DNA of 64,000 nt from an uncultured Gemmatimonadales bacterium (GCA_963809895.1 CAWELD010000010.1:384001-448000), one strand, 5' to 3'. Numbered from the stretch's first letter, positions 9,059 to 19,314 are shown. The notes: generated by a model from the letters alone, not told the origin. Numbers and translations are program-made.

Positions 9059-10546
9059 GGAGCGCGCGATTCGCCGTCGTGGTCGGCGCCCTCTGGCTAG
9101 GGGGCGCGGCCTGCGGCGGGTCCGGAGGCGACGTACCCGCTGGCGACCCCGCGCTGGATGGCGTCGCCGACGCCGAAGCGACCCCTCGGGCGCCGGCCAG
9201 CGCTGAGCAGGTGGCGCGCGCGGGGGCGGACTCCGATGCGTCGTCCCAGGCGCCCGCCGATGCGCCGTCTGCCAGCGCCGGCGACTCCGCACCGGCCCAG
9301 GTGGTGCCACGCGATCCCCCTCCGCCCGTCGAGATCCCCGACGAGCCTCCGGTCTTCGAGCGTCCAGAGCACATCCGGGGCATCTACCTGAACGCCTGGA
9401 CCGCAGGCTCGAGTCGCCGTGTCGGCCAGCTCCTGGAGCTCGCGCGCCGGACCGAGATCAACACCTTCGTCATCGACATCAAGGACGCGTCGGGATACGT
9501 GAGTCACGCCAGCGCCGTGGCGGCGGTGCGAGATGTCGGCGCCACCGGCGAGCTGCGCATCCACGACCTGCCCGCGCTCCTCTGGCGCCTGCACGACGCC
9601 GGCATCTATCCCATCGCCCGCATCGTCATCGTCAAGGATCCCGTGCTCATCCAGGCCCGGCCCGAGCTGGCGGTGCAGGACACCGCTGGCGGCGCGTGGG
9701 TGGACTCCAAGGGATTCGTGTGGCTGAACCCCTACGACCGGCGCGTCTGGGAGTACCACGCGGATCTCGCGGAGGAGGTCGCGCGCCTGGGATTCCCGGA
9801 GATCCAATGGGACTACGTGCGCTTTCCGGATGCGCCGGCGGCGGACATGGCCCGCGCTCGCTTTCCGGGTGACTCGGTCGGGGTGCGAACGGAGGCCATT
9901 CGCGGCTTTCTCGGGTTACGCCCGCGAGCGACTGGCCAAGCTCGACGTGCGCATGATGGCCGACGTGTTCGGGGTCACGACGTCGTACCACAACGACGTG
10001 GGCATCGGGCAGTTGTGGGAGCGCTTCATCGACCGGGTCGACGCGGCGCTGCCCATGGTCTACCCCAGCCACTACTGGCCCGGCGCCTACGGGTTCGAGA
10101 ATCCCAATGCGCACCCGTACGAGGTCGTGCTCCAGGCCCTCGACGACGCCACGGCTCGCTCCGCCGCCGTGCCCGACGCGGGTGCGGTCGTGCCCTGGCT
10201 CCAGGACTTCTCCCTGGGGGATCCCGACTACGGCGCGCCCGAGGTGCGGGCCGAGATCCAGGCCACGTACGACGCGGGGATTCAGGACTGGGTGCTGTGG
10301 AACCCCGGGAGCCACTACACCGAGGCGGCCCTGGAGCCGACCGGGGGATTCCGCAGCGAACCCAGGATCCTGGTGGCGGGGCGTGTCGTGCCGGTCTCCC
10401 AGCGCCGCACGGTCCTGGCCCAGGTCGAGGCCGCGCGGGACAGCGCCCGCGCCGCGGCGGAGGCCCGGAAAGCGGCCGCCGACTCGGCCAGGACGGCCCG
10501 GGACAGCACCGTGGCGGACACGTCGAGGGTCAGGCGGCGGCGCTGA
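9019..10546 (+). CDS. Putative glycoside hydrolase lipoprotein (DUF4015-like), frameshift near 9916
   Basis: Lipobox-like 'LGGAAC', 'IRGIYLNAW', 'FVIDIKD' and 'GFPEIQWDYVRFPD'. Continues in the 9830..10546 frame with 'PMVYPSHY', 'PWLQDF' and 'WVLWNPG'. Start uncertain. Confidence 0.8.
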
Positions 10547-10557
10547 TCTCTTCCCGG

Positions 10558-12363
10558 TCACGCCGCCGGGCGGGTGGCGAACTGGAGCTCGTGCAGGCGG
10601 GCGTACAGACCACCCCGCTCCAGCAGCTCCTGGTGGGTACCCTCTTCGCACAGCTCGCCGTGGTGCATCACGAGGATGCGGTCGGCATTCACCACCGTGG
10701 ACAGACGGTGCGCGATGACCACCGAGGTGCGGCCGCGCATCAGCTCGTTGGTGGCCTCCTCGATGTGCGCTTCGATCTCCGAGTCCACGGAGCTGGTGGC
10801 CTCGTCCAGGACCAGGATGGGCGGATCGAAGGCCAGGGCGCGTGCGAAGGAGACCAGCTGCCGCTCGCCCACGCTCAGGCTGGCCCCACGCTCGCCGAGA
10901 GGCTGGTCGTAGCCGTGCTCCAGTCGCTCGATGAAGGGGGCGGCGCCGATGCGTTCCGCCGCTTCCCGGATGCGCTCGTCGCCGATGGCCGGGGCTCCCA
11001 GGCGGATGTTGTACGCCACGTCCTGACTGAAGAGGAAGACGTCCTGTAGGACCAGGCCGATGCGTTCACGCAGGTCGTCGAGACGCACCCGATCAATGGG
11101 CACGCCATCCAGCAGGATCTCACCCCGCTGCACGTCGTAGAAGCGCATCAGCAGGTTGATGATGGTGGTCTTGCCGGCGCCCGTATGGCCCACGATCGCC
11201 ACCTTCTCGCCCGGCGCGACCCGGAAGCTCACGTCCTTCAGGACCCAATCCCACGCGTCGTCGTCGGTCTTGCCGTAGGCGAACCAGACGTTCCTGAACT
11301 CGATTTCGCCCCGGGTGTCGGAAGCGAGCTCAACCGGGTCCGCGGGATCGACGATCTCCACGTCACGGTCCAGCAGCTTGAAGATGCGCTCCGACGAAGC
11401 CATGGCGCCCTGGAGCAGGTTGTATTTCTCCGAGAGATCCTGGATGGGACGGAAGAAGCGGCGTGCGTACTGGAGGAAGGCGGCGACCACGCCCACGGTG
11501 ACCGCGCCGGACAGGACCTCGCGCCCTCCGGCGAAGATGATGAGCGCCAGCGCCACGGAGGTGAACACCTCGATGACCGGGAAGAAGAGGGCGTAGTAGG
11601 TGATGGAGCGCAGGTGCGCGTCCAGGTAGTCCTCGTTGATGTCCCGGTGACGCTGCGCGTCGGCCCCTTCGCGGTTGAAGAGCTGCACGACGCGCATGCC
11701 CGTGAAGCGCTCGTGCAGGAAGGCGTTGATGCGCGCGAGGCGGACCCGGATGTCCCGGTACGCGTCCCTGATGCGCGCGCGGAACAAGAAGGCCGCCCAG
11801 GCGACGAAGGGGAGCACCGAGAAGGTGATGAGCGCCAGCTTCGGGTCCATCTGAAGCATGGCGGCCAGGATGAAGACCAGGGTGAACACGTCGCCGAACA
11901 CGGACACCACGCCCGACGAGAAGAGCTCGTTGAGCGTCTCGACGTCGGAGGTGATGCGGGTCATGAGGCGGCCCACCGGGTTGCGGTCGAAATACCGCAG
12001 ATCCTGGCGCTGGAACTTGCGGAAGATCTCCTCCCGCAGGTCGTACATGACGGTCTGGCCGAGCCAGGTGGTGAGAATCCCCTGTCCGTACTGGAGGCCG
12101 AAGCTCAGCACGAGGGCGATGCCGTACCCGACGGTCAGGTATCCCAGCAGTCCGACGTCGCCCTGAGGGATCGCCTCGTCCAGCGCCCGCTTGGTGAGCC
12201 ACGGGCCGACGATCTCCAGGGCCGAAGCGCCCATGAGCAGCACGATCGCCAGAAGCACCAGCCACCGGTACGGGCTCAGGTAGCGCAACAAGCGACGCAT
12301 GAGGCGCGCGTCGTACGCCTTGCCCAGGACCTCTTCTTCGTGGATGCCGGGAGTGGGACTCAT
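10558..12363 (-). CDS. ABC exporter (TMD+NBD, MdlB/YfiC-like)
   Basis: Six-TM region, Walker A 'GHTGAGKT', signature 'LSVGERQ' and Walker B 'ILVLDEATS'. Confidence 0.93.
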   Translation of the reverse strand: MSPTPGIHEEEVLGKAYDARLMRRLLRYLSPYRWLVLLAIVLLMGASALEIVGPWLTKRALDEAIPQGDVGLLGYLTVGYGIALVLSFGLQYGQGILTTWLGQTVMYDLREEIFRKFQRQDLRYFDRNPVGRLMTRITSDVETLNELFSSGVVSVFGDVFTLVFILAAMLQMDPKLALITFSVLPFVAWAAFLFRARIRDAYRDIRVRLARINAFLHERFTGMRVVQLFNREGADAQRHRDINEDYLDAHLRSITYYALFFPVIEVFTSVALALIIFAGGREVLSGAVTVGVVAAFLQYARRFFRPIQDLSEKYNLLQGAMASSERIFKLLDRDVEIVDPADPVELASDTRGEIEFRNVWFAYGKTDDDAWDWVLKDVSFRVAPGEKVAIVGHTGAGKTTIINLLMRFYDVQRGEILLDGVPIDRVRLDDLRERIGLVLQDVFLFSQDVAYNIRLGAPAIGDERIREAAERIGAAPFIERLEHGYDQPLGERGASLSVGERQLVSFARALAFDPPILVLDEATSSVDSEIEAHIEEATNELMRGRTSVVIAHRLSTVVNADRILVMHHGELCEEGTHQELLERGGLYARLHELQFATRPAA

Positions 12364-12483
12364 GAAGGTGCCGTGCGACTCACGGGTGTCGGGAGAGCGG
12401 GAGGCCGCACCGCGTACACGGCGCCTGTGAGCCGGTTCCGGCGTCGCCGGGAGGGCGCGGCGCCCGCGCTGCCGTGCCGCCGC

Positions 12484-13108
12484 TCAGCGTCGGCGTGTGG
12501 CGAGCACAGCCGCGCACGTCGTCGAGCGACAGGCCGGCGGCGTCCAGCGCCACGAGCAGGTGATAGACCAGATCCGCGGCCTCGGCCGCCGACTGGTCGT
12601 GCTCGCCCCGGGCCAGGGCGAGGATGAGCTCCGCCGTCTCCTCGCCCAGCTTCTTGAGGCGCAGGTTCTCGTCTTCCAGGAGCTGCACCGTGTAGCTGTT
12701 CTGGGCCCCGGAGCGGCCACGCTCGCGTATCACGGCGCCGATCTGGTCCAGCACATCGGTGGGGTCGAGCCCGACGTCGCCGAAGCAGCTGCCGTCACCG
12801 GTGTGGCATGCCGGTCCGGTGGGCCGGACCAGAGCGAGTACCGTGTCGCCGTCACAGTCGGCGTGCAGGGATACGACCTCCAGAAAGGAGCCGCTGGTGG
12901 CTCCCTTGTGCCAGAGCTCGCCACGGGAGCGAGACCAGAAGTGCATCTGGCCCCGCGCGAGCGACAGCCGCAGGGCGTCGAGGTTGGCCCACGCCACCAT
13001 GAGCACGCGGCCGCTGCCGGCGTCCTGGCAGACCACGGGCAGGAGGCCCCGGTCGTCGAAGCGCAGGTCGACCAGGGCGTCGCCGTCGCGAAGCGTGCGA
13101 TCGGTCAT
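12484..13108 (-). CDS. hisIE: Bifunctional phosphoribosyl-AMP cyclohydrolase / phosphoribosyl-ATP diphosphatase
   Basis: 'WSRSRGELWHKGATSG', 'DCDGD', 'GPACHTG' and 'KKLGEE'. A +1 shift near 12510 hides the probable end 'AVLATRRR*'. Confidence 0.92.
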
Positions 13109-13860
13109 CGAACCGGTACTCCCCAGCCCCGGAGGGCCGCCTTGAGGCTCGCCACGGTGGTGGTGGCGTCGTGCAGGATCCCGGCCACCAGCGCGGCCGA
13201 CGCATGGCCCTCGTCGAACGCAGCCCGCAGGTGGGCCGCCTCACCCGCGCCGCCGGACGCGACCACCGGCACCGACACGCGGTCCGATACGGCGCGCGTG
13301 AGCTCGAGGTCGTAGCCCGTGCGGGCGCCGTCGCGGTCGATGGAGGTGAGCAGGATCTCGCCGGCGCCACGCCGGGCGCACTCTTCGGCCCACGCCACCG
13401 CATCGAGTCCCGTGTCGGTGCGCCCGCCGTGGGTCCAGTGACGCCAGGAGCCGTGACCGTCGTCGGCCGCGTCGACGCTGGCGACGATGCACTGGCTCCC
13501 GAAGCGGCGGGCGCCTTCCGCCAGCAGATCGGGATCGCGCACGGCGGCGGTATTCACGCTGATCTTGTCGGCGCCGGCGCGCAGGAGCGGACCGATGTCG
13601 TCCACGGAGCGCACACCGCCTCCGACCGTCAGGGGCACGAACAGGACTTCGGCGGTGCGCTGCACGAGATCCAGCAGCGTGCCGCGCCCCTCGCGAGAGG
13701 CCGAGATGTCCAGGTACACGATCTCGTCAGCGCCTTCCGCCTCGTAGCGCGCCGCCAGCTCCACCGGATCACCGACGTCGCGGAGATCCTGGAAGCGCGT
13801 GCCCTTCACGACGCGGCCGTCTCGCACGTCGAGGCAGACCACCACCCTGGGCTTCAGCAC
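13105..13860 (-). CDS. hisF: Imidazole glycerol phosphate synthase, cyclase subunit
   Basis: '[15 protein letters not shown]', '[10 protein letters not shown]', 'LTSIDRDG' and 'VVASGGAG'. Confidence 0.96.
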   Translation of the reverse strand: MLKPRVVVCLDVRDGRVVKGTRFQDLRDVGDPVELAARYEAEGADEIVYLDISASREGRGTLLDLVQRTAEVLFVPLTVGGGVRSVDDIGPLLRAGADKISVNTAAVRDPDLLAEGARRFGSQCIVASVDAADDGHGSWRHWTHGGRTDTGLDAVAWAEECARRGAGEILLTSIDRDGARTGYDLELTRAVSDRVSVPVVASGGAGEAAHLRAAFDEGHASAALVAGILHDATTTVASLKAALRGWGVPVR

Positions 13861-13861
13861 G

Positions 13862-14401
13862 TCAGTCCTCCCAGGTGAGCCGCACCGAGCCCTTGGTGCT
13901 GAAGACGGTGTCCCCCTGTCGGAGCGCCTGGCGCAGCGCCAGACCCACGGCCTTGACGGCGGCCTCCACCACATGATGGCGGTCGCGCCCACGCTCCGCG
14001 GTCACGTGGAGGGTGGCGCCCAGGTTGGTCGCCAGGCTGTGGAGGAAGTGCTGGTAGAGGGCGCTGGGGAGGGTACCCTCGTACCACGGCCGGCCGCCCA
14101 CGTCGATGGCGGCGGACACCAGGGCGTCGTCCATGGGCACGACGGCCCACCCGTAGCGCTGCACCTCGGCGGGGATCTCGCGCGCCAACGCCAACCCCAG
14201 GGTGATGGCGACATCCTCCACCAGGTGATGGCGCAGGTCGCCCCGGGCCTCGAGCTCGAGCGTGAGCCCCGCGTAGCGCGCCAGGGTCTCGAGCATGTGG
14301 GTCAGGAAGGGCTCGTCGGTGGTGATCCGTGCGGGCCCGGCGCCGACCGTCACGGTCAGCGCGACGCGGGTTTCTCCCGTCTCGCGTATCAAGCGTGCCA
14401 T
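13862..14401 (-). CDS. hisB: Imidazoleglycerol-phosphate dehydratase (monofunctional)
   Basis: 'RETGETRV', 'FLTHML', 'HHLVED', 'PMDDAL', 'HHVVEA' and 'STKG'. Confidence 0.93.
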   Translation of the reverse strand: MARLIRETGETRVALTVTVGAGPARITTDEPFLTHMLETLARYAGLTLELEARGDLRHHLVEDVAITLGLALAREIPAEVQRYGWAVVPMDDALVSAAIDVGGRPWYEGTLPSALYQHFLHSLATNLGATLHVTAERGRDRHHVVEAAVKAVGLALRQALRQGDTVFSTKGSVRLTWED

Positions 14402-14423
14402 GATGCCTCGGGTTGAGCGCGAC

Positions 14424-15137
14424 TCATCCGCCCCAGCGGGCGGCCACGTCGTCGGGGTCGAGAACGGCGGTGTAGAGGGCCATGCCCAGGACGGCGCCAG
14501 CGGCGCCGGCCTGCTCCAGGGCCTCCAGGTCCGACGTGCGGGTGATTCCCCCGGAGATCCACACGGGGTGGGCAGAAGAGCCCACGACGGCGGACATGGC
14601 CGCCAGGTCGATGCCCTCCATGCGACCCTCCCGCGCCGCGTCGGTACAAAGAATGCCCGCCAGGGGCAGCTCGTCGAGGCCGGCCAGAAACTCCTCCACC
14701 GCCAGCGGCGACTTCTCGGTCCACCCCCGGCGCAGGACGCGCCCGTCGCGCACGTCGGCGGCCACCACGACTCGCTGCTGGTGACGCCTGGCCAGTGCTT
14801 CCAGCCAGGGACGGTCGTCCACGGCGCGGGTTCCCACCACGACCCGATCGGCGCCGGCGACCAGGAGCTCGGCGGCCCGGCCATCGTCGCGGATGCCTCC
14901 TCCCACCTGGGTGGTGGCCGGCGTGGCGGTGGCGACCCGGGCCACGAGGGCGCGGTTGTCTCCGGTTCCCAGCGCCGCGTCCAGGTCCACGACGTGCAGC
15001 GTGCGGAAGCCACGGTCCCACCAGTGGCGCGCCATGGCCACCGGGTCGGGAATCGAGACGGCCTCCTCTTCGGGGACTCCCCCGACCAGCTGCACGCAGC
15101 GACCTCCTTTCACGTCCACGGCGGGTGCGACGATCAT
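14424..15137 (-). CDS. hisA: ProFAR isomerase
   Basis: 'PAVDVKGGRCVQLVGG', 'LHVVDLDAA' and 'QVGGGIRD'. Confidence 0.94.
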   Translation of the reverse strand: MIVAPAVDVKGGRCVQLVGGVPEEEAVSIPDPVAMARHWWDRGFRTLHVVDLDAALGTGDNRALVARVATATPATTQVGGGIRDDGRAAELLVAGADRVVVGTRAVDDRPWLEALARRHQQRVVVAADVRDGRVLRRGWTEKSPLAVEEFLAGLDELPLAGILCTDAAREGRMEGIDLAAMSAVVGSSAHPVWISGGITRTSDLEALEQAGAAGAVLGMALYTAVLDPDDVAARWGG

Positions 15138-15754
15138 CGGACCCCTCCCTTGCCGGCAGAGGCCGCCAGGGCGAGGAAGTTCGCCAGCAGTCGGCGGCCC
15201 GGGCCGGAGCTCTTCTCCGGGTGAAACTGGACGCCCCAGGTGTTCCCGGAGCGCACCGACGCCACCAGGCGCCGGCCTTCGTACGTGCTCCACGCGATGA
15301 CGGTCGAGGGATCGTCGGGCCGGCACACGTACGAGTTCGCATAATAGGCCGGCATGGCCTCCACCCCCTGGAACAGCGGGTCGCCCGCCGTCTCCACCTC
15401 GTTCCATCCCATCTGGGGGACGCGCTTCGCCTCCAGGCGCTGGACCGATCCGGAAATGACGCCGATGCCGCGTCCCTCTCCCTCTTCGCTACGATCCATC
15501 AGGAGCTGCATGCCGAGACAGATGCCCAGGCACGGGAGCCCGCCCACCAGCGCCTGGCGGAGAGGGCTCGGGTCGGAGGGCAGCGCCTCCACGGCCGCCG
15601 AGAAGGCGCCGACGCCGGGCAGGACCATGGCGTCTGCGCCGTCCAGCGCCCGCCGCCAATCCGTGGTGACCACGACCTCGGCGCCGGCACCTTCCAGCCC
15701 CTTGCGGAGAGAGTGCAGGTTCCCGACCCCGTAGTCCAGCAACGCCACCTTCAC
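15134..15754 (-). CDS. hisH: Imidazole glycerol phosphate synthase, glutaminase subunit
   Basis: 'DYGVGNLHS', 'LPGVGAF', 'GICLGMQLL' and 'QFHPEKS'. Confidence 0.96.
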   Translation of the reverse strand: MKVALLDYGVGNLHSLRKGLEGAGAEVVVTTDWRRALDGADAMVLPGVGAFSAAVEALPSDPSPLRQALVGGLPCLGICLGMQLLMDRSEEGEGRGIGVISGSVQRLEAKRVPQMGWNEVETAGDPLFQGVEAMPAYYANSYVCRPDDPSTVIAWSTYEGRRLVASVRSGNTWGVQFHPEKSSGPGRRLLANFLALAASAGKGGVR

Positions 15755-16851
15755 GGCCGGCCTCCGGCGGGCTCATCGGCGGCCGCCAGCGTATCCAGCG
15801 CCCCCAGAAAGCGCTCCATGAGCGGCCAGGGACCCACGGTCACCCGAAAGGCGTCGCCCACGTCGGGGCAGCTCGGGAACGGGCGTACCGCCACTCCCTG
15901 GTCGCGAAGGGCGGACGTCCACGCCTGGGCCGAGCCCGACGCCACCGGAACCAGGACGAAGTTCGCCCGTGAGGGCAGGGGCCGGAGCCCGCGCCGGGCC
16001 AGCTCGCCGTGGAGCCGCTCCCGGTTCTCGATGCACTCGCCCACGGTTCGGACCACCCACCCGGACTCGTCACGCAGCGCCGCGCTGCCGGCGGCCTCGG
16101 CGATGCGGCTGACCTTGTAGGGACCGCGACTCTTCTCCGCCTCCAGGACCAGACCGGGATCGCCGATCCCGAAACCGACCCTCATTCCGGCCAGGCCGTA
16201 CGCCTTGGAGAGCGTGCGCACCACAAGCGCCCGCGGGTGCGCCAGAGCCGCCTCGACGGCGGAGACGCCGGCGAAATCGGCGTAGGCCTCGTCGAGGATC
16301 ACCACCGGACCGTCCTCGCCGGCGCGATCCAGAAGCTCGCGTATCCAGGCCAGCCCCGAGAGGTGGCCCGTGGGGTTGTTGGGGCGGCACACGTAGACCA
16401 GCACCGGATGGTCGGCCAGGAGGCGGCCCGGATCGTCCAGAGCGGCCGACCACGGCACCGGGCGCGCGCTACGCCCGTTCATGCCCGTGAGCGGCTCCAC
16501 CATGGAGAAGGTGGGTGCCGCGAAGCGCACCACGCCGCCGTGTTCCGCGACCGCCCGCCACGTCGAGTCCAACACGTCGTCGGACCCGCATCCGGTCGTG
16601 ACATGCTCGGGAGCGACGCCGAAGCGTGCGGCGGCGGCCTCGCGGAGCTCGTCGGCGTACAGCGACGGATAGCGCGCCAGCGCGTGGATGTCGGCGTCGC
16701 GCACCACGGACAGGGCGTCGGGATGCGCGCCCCACAGGTTGGTATTGTCACACAGATCCACCGGCACCGGTCGCCGGTCCGGCGTATACCGGGTGAGCGG
16801 CCGGTAGTCGGGTCTGGGGAAGCGGCCTTCGCCGGGCTGGTCGGTACTCAC
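15751..16851 (-). CDS. hisC: Histidinol-phosphate aminotransferase
   Basis: 'GCGSDD', 'PNNPTG', 'DEAYADF' and 'RTLSKAYGLAGMRVG'. Confidence 0.94.
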   Translation of the reverse strand: MSTDQPGEGRFPRPDYRPLTRYTPDRRPVPVDLCDNTNLWGAHPDALSVVRDADIHALARYPSLYADELREAAAARFGVAPEHVTTGCGSDDVLDSTWRAVAEHGGVVRFAAPTFSMVEPLTGMNGRSARPVPWSAALDDPGRLLADHPVLVYVCRPNNPTGHLSGLAWIRELLDRAGEDGPVVILDEAYADFAGVSAVEAALAHPRALVVRTLSKAYGLAGMRVGFGIGDPGLVLEAEKSRGPYKVSRIAEAAGSAALRDESGWVVRTVGECIENRERLHGELARRGLRPLPSRANFVLVPVASGSAQAWTSALRDQGVAVRPFPSCPDVGDAFRVTVGPWPLMERFLGALDTLAAADEPAGGRP

Positions 16852-18164
16852 GATTCCCCTCCGGAGGACTCCAGGGGGGGCCGGCGCAGCCGCGCGGCCG
16901 CCGCGTGGGCCGGCAGTCCCTCGGCTCCGGCCAGCGCCACCACGCCGTCCACCAGCGCGGCGGCGGCCGTGGGGGTGAGCTCCTGCCAGGTATAGGAGCG
17001 CATGAAGTCCAGCACCGACAGGCCGCTGAAGCTTCGACTCGTGCCCGCGGTGGGCAGCACGTGGTTGGCGCCGGTGAGATAGTCCCCGAACGCCACCGCC
17101 GACGGCTGCCCCAGGAACACGGTGCCGGCGGTGCGGACGGCCCCCAGGTGGATGCGCGGCTCCCGCGTGTAGAGCGCCAGATGCTCCGCGGCGTAGTCGT
17201 CGGCGAAGGCCAGCGCCTGATCCAGGTCTTCGGCCAGGAGGAGTGCCCCCGATCCGGCCAGCGCCTCCGCGACCACCGCCCTTCGGGGTGCCTGGTCGAG
17301 TTGTGCCGCCAGCGCCGTGCGCACCGAGGCCAGGAGGTCTGCCGAGGGCGTGACCAACGCCACGCATGCGTGGGGGTCGTGCTCGGCCTGGGCCACCAAC
17401 TCCGCCGCCACCAGCTCGGCGTCGGCGCTGTCGTCGGCCACCACCAGGACCTCGGACGGACCCGCCGGGGAATCGATGAGCACCTGGCCGGCGACCTGGC
17501 GCTTCGCCTCCAGGACCCAGCGGTTGCCCGGTCCCACCACGGCGGCGCAACGGGGCACGGAACGGGTCCCGAACGCCATGGCGGCAACGGCCCCGGCGCC
17601 CCCCAACGAGAAGAGGCGGGTCGCTCCGCTCAGGGCGGCGGCGGCCATGACCACCGCAGACGGGCGCCCGTCGGGACCGGGGGGTGAACAGACCACGATC
17701 TCCTCGACCCCCGCCGCGCGGGCGGGCACCGCTCCCATGAGCACCGACGAGGGATAGGCGGCCCGGCCCCCCGGCGCGTAGACGCCCACGGCGGGCAGCG
17801 GCAGGAACCGGCGGCCCAGCGTGAGCCCCGGCTCCACCTCCATCCGGAGCTCGCCGGGGAGCTGCGCGCGGTGGAAGGTCTCGATGTTGGCGGCGGCGCG
17901 CTCCAGGGCGCTGCGCACGGTTCGGGGGATCGACGTCAGTGCCTCGTCCCAGATCTCCTTGGGCACCTCCAGCTCCTGGAGCTCCACGTCGTCGAGCTCC
18001 CGGGCGAGGGCACGCAGCGCGTCGTCGCCCTGGTCGCGCACCCGTTCGATGATGGCCGCGGTGGCCGCGGCCGCTTCTCGCGTGTCGGCCGGCTGGCGCT
18101 CCAGGAGCATGCGCCGTTGGTCGGAGGTCAGCGCCGCCAGGGATCCCTCCACCGCGATCCTCAT
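16848..18164 (-). CDS. hisD: Histidinol dehydrogenase
   Basis: 'GVYAPGGRAAYPSSVLM', 'GPGNRWV', 'AGPSE', 'AQAEHD' and 'GDYLTGANHVLPT'. Confidence 0.96.
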   Translation of the reverse strand: MRIAVEGSLAALTSDQRRMLLERQPADTREAAAATAAIIERVRDQGDDALRALARELDDVELQELEVPKEIWDEALTSIPRTVRSALERAAANIETFHRAQLPGELRMEVEPGLTLGRRFLPLPAVGVYAPGGRAAYPSSVLMGAVPARAAGVEEIVVCSPPGPDGRPSAVVMAAAALSGATRLFSLGGAGAVAAMAFGTRSVPRCAAVVGPGNRWVLEAKRQVAGQVLIDSPAGPSEVLVVADDSADAELVAAELVAQAEHDPHACVALVTPSADLLASVRTALAAQLDQAPRRAVVAEALAGSGALLLAEDLDQALAFADDYAAEHLALYTREPRIHLGAVRTAGTVFLGQPSAVAFGDYLTGANHVLPTAGTSRSFSGLSVLDFMRSYTWQELTPTAAAALVDGVVALAGAEGLPAHAAAARLRRPPLESSGGES

Positions 18165-19024
18165 GGCATGAGTCTCTCGATGCGGGTCACCAGGATGCCC
18201 TCGGCGCCGAGGGCCTTGAGCCGCGCGATGGTCTGGAAGACCCGATCGGCGTCCACCACGGCGTGCGCGGCGACCCAGTCTCCCGAGTCCTCGACTTCGA
18301 CGATGGTGGGGCCGTTGATGCCCGGAAGGACCGCTTTCACCTCGGTGAGGCGGGCCCGGGGAACGTTGGCCATGAGGTAGCGCTTCGCCCGGGCGCGCAG
18401 CACGGACTCCAGCGCCGTCACGACCTCGGTCATGGTGTGCCGGCGCCCCTCGTCTTCCCATGCGGCGCGATTCGCCACCACGCGGGCGGTGGACTCCAGG
18501 ATGGTGGCGATCTCGCGGAGGTTGTTCACCCGCAGCGTGGATCCCGTGCTGACCAGATCCACGATGACGTCGGCCACGCCCAGATGAGGGGCGATCTCGG
18601 TGGCGCCGGTCACCGGCGCGATCTCGATGGACACGTCCATGGCGTCGAAGTAGGAGCGCGTCAGGTTCGGGAACGAGGTGGCGATGCGAGATCCGGGGGC
18701 GATATCGGCCGGATGCCGGATCCCGCTGTTGTCGGGCACCGCCACGGCCAGGTGACAGCGGCCGAACCCCAGGTCCAGCAGCTCCTTGACCTCACGTCCG
18801 TTCTCGGCCACCAGATCGGCCCCCGTGACCCCGAGGTCGGCGGCGCCGTCGGCCACGAACTCCGGTATGTCGGCGGCCCGCACGAAGATGGCCTGACACG
18901 TGCCTCCCAGCTCCGCGACCAGGGCGCGCTCGGAGCTGAACTCGGCTCTGAGGCCCGCCGTCTCGAACAGATCCAACGCCTTGTCGTGGAGGCGTCCCTT
19001 GTTCGGCAGTGCGATTCTCAACAC
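18161..19024 (-). CDS. hisG: ATP phosphoribosyltransferase (long form)
   Basis: 'LRIALPNKGRL', 'VRAADIP', 'DLVSTGSTL' and a C-terminal regulatory domain. Confidence 0.96.
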   Translation of the reverse strand: MLRIALPNKGRLHDKALDLFETAGLRAEFSSERALVAELGGTCQAIFVRAADIPEFVADGAADLGVTGADLVAENGREVKELLDLGFGRCHLAVAVPDNSGIRHPADIAPGSRIATSFPNLTRSYFDAMDVSIEIAPVTGATEIAPHLGVADVIVDLVSTGSTLRVNNLREIATILESTARVVANRAAWEDEGRRHTMTEVVTALESVLRARAKRYLMANVPRARLTEVKAVLPGINGPTIVEVEDSGDWVAAHAVVDADRVFQTIARLKALGAEGILVTRIERLMP

Positions 19025-19045
19025 GAAAATGTCCTCTTCGGAATG

Positions 19046-19085
19046 AAAAAACGCCGCGGCCCGTCCTTGTCGACGGGCCGCGGCG
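19046..19085 (-). terminator. Attenuator (intrinsic terminator) upstream of hisG
   Basis: CGCCGCGGCCCGTC-GACAAG-GACGGGCCGCGGCG-TTTTTT: a perfect 14-bp stem plus U6, about 20 nt before hisG. Confidence 0.92.
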
Positions 19086-19113
19086 CGGAGTGATGCGGGT
19101 GCTGGACGGCGTG

Positions 19114-19197
19114 CTAGGCGCGTACCCCCGACTCCACGGTGCCCGTTGGAGCGCCGTGATGGTGATGGGAATGCCGGAAGTGCCGGGTGCCGTTCAT
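19114..19197 (-). CDS. hisL: his operon leader peptide (27 aa)
   Basis: MNGTRHFRHSHHHHGAPTGTVESGVRA*, with 6 His codons, immediately upstream of the terminator. Confidence 0.88.
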   Translation of the reverse strand: MNGTRHFRHSHHHHGAPTGTVESGVRA

Positions 19198-19204
19198 GCC
19201 GGGA

Positions 19205-19232
19205 AAGGTAGCTCGGTGCCGGACGAGGTCAA
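19205..19232 (-). promoter_or_regulatory. Sigma70-type promoter of the his leader
   Basis: TTGACC-N16-TACCTT, with the -10 element 7 nt before the leader ATG. Confidence 0.65.
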
Positions 19233-19314
19233 GACGGGGCGCCACTCCCTCGTCACCCTTCCAGTAGCGCATTTCGCCGGAACTCCGCCGCCCGGCGGGG
19301 GTTCGGTCCGTGCT

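Noticed and set aside
9019..11049. 676-aa ORF overlapping the ABC transporter
   Set aside because: Read-through after a +1 indel near 9916. The homologous C-terminus is in the 9830..10546 frame.
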